Assembly (NCBI GenBank): GCA_037131105.1
Contig: JBAXRQ010000001.1
Coordinates: forward strand, 322,039-386,038
DNA length: 64,000 nt
Direction of reading: 5' to 3'
Source of the DNA: a bacterium
Lineage (GTDB): Bacteria; Patescibacteriota; UBA1384; CAILIB01
Position numbers and translations under genes: made by a program. Below, one piece after another: positions 1 to 8,649 of the stretch. The notes under the pieces are model-generated. The model saw nothing but the letters and a program-made list of their open reading frames with translations, did not search any database and was not told the origin of the DNA. Positions within the stretch are counted from its first letter, which is position 1. Each line of letters opens with the position of its first letter.

Positions 1-63
1 CTGATCAACGACCCTGAGTGCGAGGCCTGCCAGTAGGTAAAGGCGCTCCACGGGCCCTAGGAA

Positions 64-90
64 GCACCTGAGAGGGTGTTTTTTAGTGCG
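64..90 (+). terminator. possible short hairpin + T-run (cacc-tgagag-ggtg tttttt) at window edge
   Basis: 4-bp stem followed by T6. The gene it would terminate is outside the window; this is weak. Confidence 0.2.
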
Positions 91-1254
91 CTAGAAAAGG
101 GCGGCGAGCAGCTGCATGGCCGCCTTGGTCTGGGACCAGTCCTGAGGCTCGTAAGTAGTCTCGAGGCTGTTGATATACGAAGTGTGGTCTGTGGACCCGG
201 GCCGCAGCTTGAGCTGGGTAATGAAGCTGGTGACGTCCAGGGGGTCCAGCAAGGTCTGGATGACCGGGGAGCCGGTGACGGCTCTTTCAACTATGGCAAC
301 AAATTCAGGCCGTTGATCGGCGGGGAGAAGGTTAAGTTGCTCCCATAGTTGTTCCTGAGCACTACCATTGGTGATGAGCTGTGGAGTTAGGACAGAAGTT
401 ATCTTCTCAAACTGGCTGAAGTCGATCTTCTCACCAGCATTGCGTACAAAGAAGGCCGCATCGGCCTTGCGTAAGAATTCAACTTCCTTGTCAAAGCGAA
501 GATAGTCCCAGAAAAGGGTGCAGTACAGCTCAGTGTCGTCTGGACCTCCAGTTCCGCCCATGGCTGTCAGAAATTCGAGCACATTCTCTAGTGACTGGAA
601 CAACACGAAGCTTTCCTCGCCGATACGCTGGCCTGCCGCCTGCTCCTTGTATTCGACGGGGAAAAAAGGAATCTGAGACATGAAGTCCATGACCTCCTTC
701 TTCATGGCAGTGGTGGGAACGACTGGGGTGAAGTTGTTTTCAGTGAGCAGGTCGGTAATCTTGTCTAGCAGTTCGGAAGCTTTTTTGAGTAGGTTGGGGA
801 GGGCCTCAGAGTCAAGCGAGGCATGGATGAAGGACTTAAGATATAAGAAATCCCGGTCATAATGAGGGGCTGCAAGCAAGAGAAAGCAACTATGCCAGGC
901 ATCCGTAAGATTCGCTGCCTGTATGGGGTCCAAGGGAGCAAGAGCGGTTGCGGTAAGGGTGGGGTACAGTTTTTGGTAATGGCCGATTACAGAGGTTGAA
1001 TTATACTTGCCAAGGGCGTTAGCAAGGCTGATTAAACCCGAAGGAGGAACTAATTCTGAAAGGTTGGTATCAAATGATGTACGGATAAGCCTGCCGATTC
1101 TTAATAGTATTTCGTGGGGAAGAAGGTTCGTCAAATCAGCAAAGAGGTCCTTATCTTTATCCTGTATGGTGCGGGCATATTCCAATAGGTCCTCGGGTGA
1201 GGCAGTGGGCAGCCAGGAAGCAAGCTCGATAACAAGGGAGGAAGGATCGGTCAC
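91..1254 (-). CDS. hypothetical protein (387 aa), translationally coupled partner of the giant membrane protein upstream
   Basis: Long ORF with a GTG start overlapping the stop of the upstream gene (GTGA overlap at 1251-1254). No recognisable motifs and no TM segments. Confidence 0.55.
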   Translation of the reverse strand: MTDPSSLVIELASWLPTASPEDLLEYARTIQDKDKDLFADLTNLLPHEILLRIGRLIRTSFDTNLSELVPPSGLISLANALGKYNSTSVIGHYQKLYPTLTATALAPLDPIQAANLTDAWHSCFLLLAAPHYDRDFLYLKSFIHASLDSEALPNLLKKASELLDKITDLLTENNFTPVVPTTAMKKEVMDFMSQIPFFPVEYKEQAAGQRIGEESFVLFQSLENVLEFLTAMGGTGGPDDTELYCTLFWDYLRFDKEVEFLRKADAAFFVRNAGEKIDFSQFEKITSVLTPQLITNGSAQEQLWEQLNLLPADQRPEFVAIVERAVTGSPVIQTLLDPLDVTSFITQLKLRPGSTDHTSYINSLETTYEPQDWSQTKAAMQLLAALF

Positions 1255-4200
1255 GCGCGTGCGTTATGGACGAGTGAAGGGGACCCAGACGCCTGTTTGT
1301 CCATGTTGATGTGGTTGACGTCGTAATCTTGTGTGATCTTGTTCCACAGATCTCGCTTCCCTCCCTTTCCCGGCCCTTCGTGACCACTTCCTATTGCTTC
1401 GACCCTAGTGATAAAGGTGTCGACATTCGCGGCTCCTCCTGCTGCCATCTCAATCTTTCTTTTAGCGGCTGCAGCCTCTGGCCGGGTGTCAGTCATAATG
1501 TTTCGCAAGCCGCCTGTAAAGGCCTCAACCTGTTTCTTTTCAAGCTTCCCCTCCTGCAGGCCCTTGGTAAAGGCGTGGAAGCCTACTTCTACATCTGGCT
1601 TTAGGTCGGCTGTGTCGCCTCCTAGCAGCTTCGCAAACTCCGTATGGCTTCCTTTAGGCATGAGGTCCTTTATAAGCTTGCCTTGCTCTAGGCTATCGGC
1701 TCCTTCAGCCTTGATGTAGCCGTTGCTCTTTTTCCCAATACGCTTCTCATACATTTCCAGTTCTTCATCTTTTAGTCCGATGTAGTCTTCTTTGGTCGCC
1801 TGGCGTGTCTCTTCAAGCCGGCCTAAAAGGGCGATGTTGGTGCTACGGTGACCTGCCGCCATGCCGCTTATCTCAGTGTCCATTCCATCATAGATTGTAC
1901 TGTTCTTTGTATCGATAGCCTTTAGCTGCTGGGTATAATGTCTCATCTGTGAGATGTCCTCGGCGGTGTGGTTGTCCTTTGCGAAGAGGTCCTTCAGGGA
2001 TTTTGAGTACTCAAGAACTTTCTGCTGTCTGAGAGCCTGTTCATTCTGGGTCTTTTCCTCGCCCTTTGCACGCATCTCTTCCCCAAGGCCCTGCTGCAAC
2101 ATCTGGTTTTTTAGAGTCTCTGCCTCTTTCTGCGCTTCAGCTATCTCGACCGGGTCGGTAAGGTCTTTGGCGGGGTTCTTGAGGAAGTTGTTCAGCTGCA
2201 TGGTCTTAGCTGTCTCAGCTTGTTCGGCTTTGAACTTTGCAGTAATGCCCTCTTTTCTTAGCGTCAGATACTCCTTTTTAAGGCGGGCGCTTTCATTCTT
2301 TTTGGTGCGCACCCCTTCCATCCAGTTCGCGTCAGACATCGTCTTGATTTCCTTCTCTGACTCAAGGTCAGCCAGCGCCTGCTGATAGTCTCCCTTGATG
2401 AGGTTGTCGCTACTTCGGTTTGCTTCCCAGCGGGTAGAGGCTTTCTCCGCATTCGTTTTATCGAGCTTGCTTTGCTGGAATTCCTTCGCCAAACGCTTGT
2501 TGTTATCCTTTCGAGTCTTGATCTCTTCCTTTAAGGCGTCATTGAGATTTGCCAGGGTCTCCTTCCGTATTTCGATATCTGCGGCCTGCTTTTTAAGGCC
2601 ACGACTCTTGCTAATAGACTCATTCATAAGCTCTTCTTCATCAAGCTTCAGCCGCTCCTGCTTGTTTTTGGTTGCAGCCTCCGAACGGGCAAAGGCACGG
2701 TTTACCAGTTTGCCCGGACCGACCTTTGCTAGGGCTCCCTTGACGACGGGTCCTTCCATAACCATTTTATTTCGTGCGTTCATGTTCTCCACAACTTTGC
2801 CATAGCCTCTTCGTACTGTTCCTGCAGGTGTGTAACGGTTTGCAGCGTTGCGCCCGTATTCATTCCACTTGTCCAGCACTCCCTTCGCTTCACCGGCCAG
2901 ACTGAACGGCGTCTTAATGGCAAAGTAGAGACAGACGATACCGAAGGCATAGCCGAGTATACCGGCGAGCGGTGCGTCGGCGCTGCCCAGCACCCCTGCA
3001 TTTACCGAACTTGCCCAGACTAAGGAAAGCCAGATCCAGAACCCAGCTGCCAGCGGCATGATCAGCCAGCCCTTCATCAGGCCCCACCAGCGCTTCCAGA
3101 CCGCCTCCAATGGACTAAAGAAGGCACCCATGGCAGCAAGCGGCGCCATAGGGACCATGACGTAGAAGATGATGCGCCGGACCAGCATCAGGAACGCTAC
3201 AATCAACAGCATTACTGCGGCGACGACGGTGAAGATGTTGAGAAGAGTAAGCTTGAAGATCTTACTGAGGTCTACATTGCTGTTGGCCTGGCACTTCTCG
3301 GTCATCCAGGCGGCGTTTGCATTGGGTAGACAGCTGACCGACCCACCTACGCCTCCTGCGATAGACTTAATACCTTCTGGGAAGCCGCTGTACTGATTTA
3401 CGAAGGACTCAAAGGAGGGGGCGGTGCCTTGCTGCGTACCTATCCCTATAAGTCCACGGGTAAGCTGCCCCACCACCTCCAAACTGGCGCGTACGCCGAA
3501 GAATGAGAAGTGAGCGACGATGAAGCCGATGATCAGGGCCGGTATCAGCTTGTTGATGGCGTAGGTATTGACTTGAATCTGCAGCAGGTTGGCCAGGGCG
3601 ATAAGGACAAGGCCTAGCACGAGGACGACGTTCAGGAACTGGAGGACCCGGTTATAGGCGTTCTGGACCAGGGCTCCGATGCCGCCGGGGGTATTGTCTA
3701 TCAGCTGCTGCTCGATAGGGGTGGTCATAAAGTTGAGGAAGTCGGGATCAGTCAGATATGCACTAATTGTGTTAGCTGTGCCGGCACCCTGTGGGCGCTG
3801 GATCATGTCTGCGCTATCGGCGAGAAAGAGGGCGGAAGTGTTTATGAAAAGCCCTGCGATGTCGTGGCCGATTACCGCGGCATTGCAGATGGCCCGCAAG
3901 TAGAAGTTGACGCTGAGCGGGGTGCCGTTGCCACCGCAGGGGCCACTGCTGGCATCACCGGTCACTGTTCCGATTTTTGGCTCGCCTGCAGCCACCTTTG
4001 CGGCAGCGTCAGTTAGTGTTTTGGTCAGTGCCTCTGGAGTTGCACCATTAGCTGACTCGGTCTGAGTCTGCAGACTGATAACCATATCTCGGATCGGCTG
4101 GTAGATGGTATAGAAGCTACCGAGGTCGGAGTAGGGGGTGTAAGTCCCGGTGGTTTTGGTCCACTCCACACCAACGCTTCCATCCTTGAGTAGGGTCTGT

Positions 4201-5174
4201 AGGTTGGCTGGGTCAGCATGGAGGTAAGCATAGGAGGACTCAAGATCTGTGATGAGCTTGGTGATCACCATTGCGGTGAAGGTGCTGTCTGAGTTGATGA
4301 TCTGGCTTACATCAGTTCTCCACTTGTCCTTGCCAGTTGCATCCTTAGGACTGTTCAGAAGTGTATAGATTTTGCCTAGCACGAAGCCTTGTTGGTTAAT
4401 CTGGGCAATGTCTTCACAGGTGGAGCCTCCGGTTTTTAGAAGTCCGCACGTCTCGCTGCGGGCCGCACTGTCCTTTAAATGGCCGACGAGATAGTCGTCG
4501 AACAGCTGTTTCCCGGCTCCATTTGCTTTTACGGTTCCCCCCGTACCAGAAGCCGCCGGAGTGTAGTCAAAATAGAAACCATTTACTGCAGTTGTAGTGC
4601 CAGCTTTTACCTTGACGAGGTCGGCAATGAGACCGGTTCCCCCGCCACCCGCGCCAAGACGCTCCAGAAGATTCCTCCAGTGGTTCTGGACGCTTTGCTG
4701 GCGGTACTGGGCAAGGATTACCCAGTCAGCCGCTCCGTTATAAAACTCCTGGGTAGTGTTGTTATTGTTGGGAGGATTCTCTGAGGTAAGTACGGGCTTG
4801 GTAGGTGCTTTGGAGAGTGCACTGAGCTTGGTTGTAATGGCGGTATAGGCAGCTGGTCCGTTGGAGAGGCCTCCGACAAAGAGAAGGGCCAAGGGCCCCA
4901 GAAGGACTTGCTTTGCAGCGAAATCCTTAAAGGCGGTGTTACATGTTACGTTGCAGCTCAGCCAGTTTGTGAACTGCTGCTGGGTTGCCGGCGTGGCAGT
5001 GAAGCCACCAATAGAAAGCCCACCGCTAGGGACCACTCCGCCACCGGGGAGACCAGTTGAAGGGGTGTTGGTATCGGCATGTGCGGTTGAGGGAACAAAC
5101 GCACCTACAAATCCGCCTACTGAGATAAGCAGTATTACCCAGGAAAGAATGATCGTACGCCCCCAATGGATCAT
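1251..5174 (-). CDS. giant (1307 aa) membrane protein. Signal peptide and ~500-aa extracytoplasmic domain, then a ~6-7 TM VirB6/TrbL-like core, then a ~600-aa K/E-rich coiled-coil tail. Possible type IV secretion / conjugation component
   Basis: N-terminal hydrophobic signal (ILLISVGGFVGAFVPSTAHA). Cluster of TM helices (LIVAFLMLVRRIIFYVMVPMAPLAAMGAFF..., LIMPLAAGFWIWLSLVWASSVNAG..., AFGIVCLYFAIKTPF). Very long charged C-terminus rich in KEE/KKE heptad-like repeats. Confidence 0.7.
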   Translation of the reverse strand: MIHWGRTIILSWVILLISVGGFVGAFVPSTAHADTNTPSTGLPGGGVVPSGGLSIGGFTATPATQQQFTNWLSCNVTCNTAFKDFAAKQVLLGPLALLFVGGLSNGPAAYTAITTKLSALSKAPTKPVLTSENPPNNNNTTQEFYNGAADWVILAQYRQQSVQNHWRNLLERLGAGGGGTGLIADLVKVKAGTTTAVNGFYFDYTPAASGTGGTVKANGAGKQLFDDYLVGHLKDSAARSETCGLLKTGGSTCEDIAQINQQGFVLGKIYTLLNSPKDATGKDKWRTDVSQIINSDSTFTAMVITKLITDLESSYAYLHADPANLQTLLKDGSVGVEWTKTTGTYTPYSDLGSFYTIYQPIRDMVISLQTQTESANGATPEALTKTLTDAAAKVAAGEPKIGTVTGDASSGPCGGNGTPLSVNFYLRAICNAAVIGHDIAGLFINTSALFLADSADMIQRPQGAGTANTISAYLTDPDFLNFMTTPIEQQLIDNTPGGIGALVQNAYNRVLQFLNVVLVLGLVLIALANLLQIQVNTYAINKLIPALIIGFIVAHFSFFGVRASLEVVGQLTRGLIGIGTQQGTAPSFESFVNQYSGFPEGIKSIAGGVGGSVSCLPNANAAWMTEKCQANSNVDLSKIFKLTLLNIFTVVAAVMLLIVAFLMLVRRIIFYVMVPMAPLAAMGAFFSPLEAVWKRWWGLMKGWLIMPLAAGFWIWLSLVWASSVNAGVLGSADAPLAGILGYAFGIVCLYFAIKTPFSLAGEAKGVLDKWNEYGRNAANRYTPAGTVRRGYGKVVENMNARNKMVMEGPVVKGALAKVGPGKLVNRAFARSEAATKNKQERLKLDEEELMNESISKSRGLKKQAADIEIRKETLANLNDALKEEIKTRKDNNKRLAKEFQQSKLDKTNAEKASTRWEANRSSDNLIKGDYQQALADLESEKEIKTMSDANWMEGVRTKKNESARLKKEYLTLRKEGITAKFKAEQAETAKTMQLNNFLKNPAKDLTDPVEIAEAQKEAETLKNQMLQQGLGEEMRAKGEEKTQNEQALRQQKVLEYSKSLKDLFAKDNHTAEDISQMRHYTQQLKAIDTKNSTIYDGMDTEISGMAAGHRSTNIALLGRLEETRQATKEDYIGLKDEELEMYEKRIGKKSNGYIKAEGADSLEQGKLIKDLMPKGSHTEFAKLLGGDTADLKPDVEVGFHAFTKGLQEGKLEKKQVEAFTGGLRNIMTDTRPEAAAAKRKIEMAAGGAANVDTFITRVEAIGSGHEGPGKGGKRDLWNKITQDYDVNHINMDKQASGSPSLVHNARA

Positions 5175-5256
5175 CTGTGGAGAAGGAATAGTTATTCCTT
5201 TCCATTGTAATCCCTAGGGCGCACAATACGCAACGTAAGATGTCGCGCAGCCGTAC

Positions 5257-5463
5257 TTAGGCGACCGGCTTCTTGGAGCGGGCGAGACCTCCCCGCCTGC
5301 CGGCTTCCTTAGCCTCCTCGGCCGTCCACTGGTGGGCGGTACCGCGGGCATGGGCGGCTTGGCCTCCGCGCTTGGCGATTTCCTTCTGCTTGGTGGGGTC
5401 CATCGAGGCGAATCCTCTCCTTTTGGCTCCTGATTGGTTGGATTCCATAGGTTTTTTCTTCAT
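5257..5463 (-). CDS. KGG-repeat stress-induced protein (68 aa)
   Basis: C-terminal 68 aa of the 202-aa ORF is MKKKPMESNQSGAKRRGFASMDPTKQKEIAKRGGQAAHARG...EAGRRGGLARSKKPVA with the KGG/RGG 'stress-induced acidophilic repeat' pattern (YciG-like). The internal ATG at 5461-5463 avoids the long Arg/Ser-rich upstream extension. Confidence 0.55.
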   Translation of the reverse strand: MKKKPMESNQSGAKRRGFASMDPTKQKEIAKRGGQAAHARGTAHQWTAEEAKEAGRRGGLARSKKPVA

Positions 5464-5641
5464 GGATAGAATGGTTATCTTGCTAGGGGGTGTTACGGGT
5501 CCCCCGATGCTCGACCGGCATCCTCTTGGCTCATATCCTACGCCTTGGGAAATGTCTGCGCTGTGAGCTTCCCTACCGTTCAATCGTAAGCTCGACCGCC
5601 AAGGCCTTGCGTTCGCTTTTTGTTCGGTATAGTGTGGGGTC

Positions 5642-6307
5642 ATGACACCATTTCGCCACCTACCGCTGGTACGCAGGCCCCGAGAGCGACTCCAGGCCGA
5701 AGGAGTTGAGGCGCTTCCTTTGGAAGATCTTCTGGCTATTCTGCTGCGCACCGGAAGCCGTGGGTCTGATGTGTTAGCACTTAGTGAGCGCATTCGTGAC
5801 TCGCTGCTTTCCGGACAGTCCGACGCCAGCCAGCTTGCTCTTATCCCCGGAGTGGGTCCTAGCAAGGCAGCTATTATAGCTGCTGCCCTGCAGCTCCCTC
5901 AGTCCCTCCGGCAGCGGTCAGGTACCTTCGTGCTTTCAGATCCGGCCACGGTCTATGCCTCGTGCCAGGACCTGCTCCGAGAGCCTCAGGAGCATCTGGT
6001 GGTCTTCTTTCTTACGGTCAGGAACCAGCAGATAGCTCGCGAGACCGTTTCCATAGGTACTGCCAGTGCCAGTCTGTTGCATCCCCGTGAGGTCTTCAGG
6101 CCGGCTATTATCCACAACGCTTCACATGTAGTGGTGGCCCATAACCATCCGTCTGGAGATCCCTTGCCTAGTAGTGCAGATCGTGATGCTACCTTGCAGC
6201 TGGCCAGGGCAGGGCGGCAGGTGGGGATTGAGCTGGTAGACCACGTGGTCTGCGGGAGGGACGGATATGTTTCCCTCAAGGCCAGTTCCCCCGAATTATT
6301 CTTTTAA
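5642..6307 (+). CDS. radC: RadC-like JAB/MPN-domain protein (UPF0758)
   Basis: N-terminal HhH-like region and C-terminal JAMM motif ...VVAHNHPSGDPLPSSADRDATLQL... typical of RadC. Confidence 0.85.
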   Translation: MTPFRHLPLVRRPRERLQAEGVEALPLEDLLAILLRTGSRGSDVLALSERIRDSLLSGQSDASQLALIPGVGPSKAAIIAAALQLPQSLRQRSGTFVLSDPATVYASCQDLLREPQEHLVVFFLTVRNQQIARETVSIGTASASLLHPREVFRPAIIHNASHVVVAHNHPSGDPLPSSADRDATLQLARAGRQVGIELVDHVVCGRDGYVSLKASSPELFF

Positions 6308-6567
6308 CCTGACAGGTCTGGTCGGTGTAATTCTGTGTCAGAAACTCCGTTGCTCTCTTACAGAATGAATGATCTTCGTTGGTGTGAGACTCACACAATG
6401 GAGGCCACTCAGATCCTAGGACCGCCTTCCGGCGGCCCGTCGCTCCTCGCTACGCTGCTCATTTCTTTCTCGAAATCCACTCGATCCAACAAGTCCATTT
6501 CATTAATATGCTAGACAATCTATACCTGTGGCCAGGTAGCTAGCTTTTTGCTTTAATGGAAGCACAT

Positions 6568-7419
6568 ATGCAGACACTTTTCAGCCAACCCGTCGTCGAT
6601 ACTATAAAGAAGCTCGCCAAGGAAAAGGCGGCGGCCCTTATTGATGAGGGCATAGATCCACAGCTGGCGGTCATCCTGGTGGGCAACGACGAGGACAGCC
6701 TCCGTTATATTGCCATCAAGCAGCGCTTCGCCAAGGAAGTCGGCGTCATCATGTCCCTGTACCATATCGAGGCCGAAGAGCCGTACGAAGAGGTGGAGCG
6801 TACCATCAAGTTTTTGTCCGAAGATCCGGAGATGCACGGTATCATCGTTCAGTTGCCGCTTCCTGAGCGGTATACCCAGGAGCAGACCGACATGTTGCTT
6901 TCATTGGTCCCGGCCTCGAAGGATGTCGACGGACTGGGTGGCCACTGGCAGAAGCAGGCAGGTCAGGCCCTGACCCTCAAAGAGCTGCTAGAACCCCAAA
7001 ACGCCCTACTTCCTCCCACGGTCAGTTCAGTCCTGTCACTGTTGGATCAGTATTCCATTTCGCCTCGCGACAAGCGGACGGTTATGGTAGGTCGCGGCCG
7101 CCTAGTCGGCAGGCCTTTGGAAGAGTACTTCAAGCATCTTGGCCTGGAAGTAGCGAGCGTGGACGAGGAGACCCCAGGTATCCTGGCTATCACTCAGACT
7201 GCTGACATCCTTATTAGCGCCACCGGCGAGCCTGATCTTATTACCTACCAATGGGTAAAGCAGGGAGCCGTAGTAGTTGACTGTGCCCGGGACATCCATG
7301 AGGACTCGGTAGGGCAGGTGGCCTCGGCGCTAGCTCCCTCACGGGGTGGGGTAGGACCGCTTACCGTCGCTTGGCTTCTTTACAACACCATAATCGCCGC
7401 AGGAGGCTCCCATGACTAA
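6568..7419 (+). CDS. folD: bifunctional methylenetetrahydrofolate dehydrogenase / methenyl-THF cyclohydrolase
   Basis: ...AVILVGNDEDSLRYIAIKQRFAKEVGV...IIVQLPLP...DVDGLG... are FolD signatures. The ORF opens at 6556 (ATG), but the second in-frame ATG at 6568 has a GGAAG RBS and matches canonical FolD N-termini. Confidence 0.85.
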   Translation: MQTLFSQPVVDTIKKLAKEKAAALIDEGIDPQLAVILVGNDEDSLRYIAIKQRFAKEVGVIMSLYHIEAEEPYEEVERTIKFLSEDPEMHGIIVQLPLPERYTQEQTDMLLSLVPASKDVDGLGGHWQKQAGQALTLKELLEPQNALLPPTVSSVLSLLDQYSISPRDKRTVMVGRGRLVGRPLEEYFKHLGLEVASVDEETPGILAITQTADILISATGEPDLITYQWVKQGAVVVDCARDIHEDSVGQVASALAPSRGGVGPLTVAWLLYNTIIAAGGSHD

Positions 7420-8641
7420 CGCCAGCCAGACCCGCATCCAGCAGCTTATAGAGATGGAGGCTGAGCGCCAGTCCAGCCAGCTTTCTCTTATTGCGTCCGA
7501 AAACTATGTCTCAAAGGCAGTTATGGAGGCTACCGGATCTGTACTAACCAACAAGTATGCCGAAGGCTATCCTGGCCGTCGTTACTATGGTGGCAACCAA
7601 GTCGTCGACCTGGTTGAAGAGGAAGCCATCAAACAGGCCCAGGCCTTGTTCGACACTGATTACCACGTAAATGTGCAGCCGTACTCAGGTTCTCCCGCCA
7701 ACCTGGCTGTCTATACTGCCCTGCTTGAGGTGGGCGATACGGTCATGGGCATGGGTCTGGCCCACGGCGGTCATCTAACCCACGGCCACCCAGTAAACCT
7801 TACCGGAAGGCTCTATAACTTCGTACAGTATGGGGTGAGCAAGGACACCGAGCTCATTGATTATGACGAGGTACGGAAGCTGGCCTTGGAGCATAAGCCC
7901 AAGCTTATTGTCTGCGGCTCTACCGCTTATTCTGCCATTATCGACTTCGCTGCCTTCGCTGCCATCGCCAAGGAAGTAGGGGCGCTGCTCATGGTGGACA
8001 TGGCCCATATCGCCGGCCTGATCGCCGGTGGCGAGCATCCTTCTCCTTTCGGTATCGCCGACGTCATCACTAGCACCACCCACAAGACCCTGCGCGGTCC
8101 CCGCAGCGGCGTCATCTTCTGCAAGGAGGAGCATGCCAAGGCCATCGACAAGGCCATCATCCCCGGCATGCAGGGAGGTCCCCATATGAACACCATCGCC
8201 GCCATGGCGGTAGCCTTTGAGGAAGCCCGTCAACCCTCGTTTCGCCAGTACGCCAAGCAGATTGTCCTGAATGCGCGCCAGCTTGCCTTCACTATGCAGC
8301 AGCACGGCTTTCGCCTGGTGGGAGACGGTACTGAGAACCATCTCTTCCTGCTCGACCTGCGCTCCACCCGTTTCCTCGGCAAGGAGGCCAGCGCCCTTCT
8401 CGAGGAGATCGGCATCATCTGCAATATGAACATGATCCCCTACGATGAGAACAAGCCGATGAACCCTTCTGGACTGCGCATCGGCACCCCAGGGGTCACC
8501 TCTCGCGGTATGAAGGAAAAGGAAATGGAACAGATCGGAACTATAATCGCCACTCTGCTTAACGACCCCAGCCAGAAGTCGGAACTAGCCAAGCAGGTGG
8601 CGACCCTCTCTAAGAAGTTCCGCATCCCTTCCCACTATTAA
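7412..8641 (+). CDS. glyA: serine hydroxymethyltransferase
   Basis: YAEGYPGRRYYGG, HGGHLTHG and the PLP-lysine region TTHKTLRGPRSG. AGGAGG RBS. 8-nt overlap with folD. Confidence 0.95.
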   Translation: MTNASQTRIQQLIEMEAERQSSQLSLIASENYVSKAVMEATGSVLTNKYAEGYPGRRYYGGNQVVDLVEEEAIKQAQALFDTDYHVNVQPYSGSPANLAVYTALLEVGDTVMGMGLAHGGHLTHGHPVNLTGRLYNFVQYGVSKDTELIDYDEVRKLALEHKPKLIVCGSTAYSAIIDFAAFAAIAKEVGALLMVDMAHIAGLIAGGEHPSPFGIADVITSTTHKTLRGPRSGVIFCKEEHAKAIDKAIIPGMQGGPHMNTIAAMAVAFEEARQPSFRQYAKQIVLNARQLAFTMQQHGFRLVGDGTENHLFLLDLRSTRFLGKEASALLEEIGIICNMNMIPYDENKPMNPSGLRIGTPGVTSRGMKEKEMEQIGTIIATLLNDPSQKSELAKQVATLSKKFRIPSHY

Positions 8642-8649
8642 GACTCTCT

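Noticed and set aside
7775-8341. 188-aa ORF antisense to glyA (and 7927..8205, 8230..8433, 8440..8625)
   Set aside because: Lies entirely within the strongly supported glyA CDS on the opposite strand. No RBS or motifs; a typical GC-rich antisense artefact.
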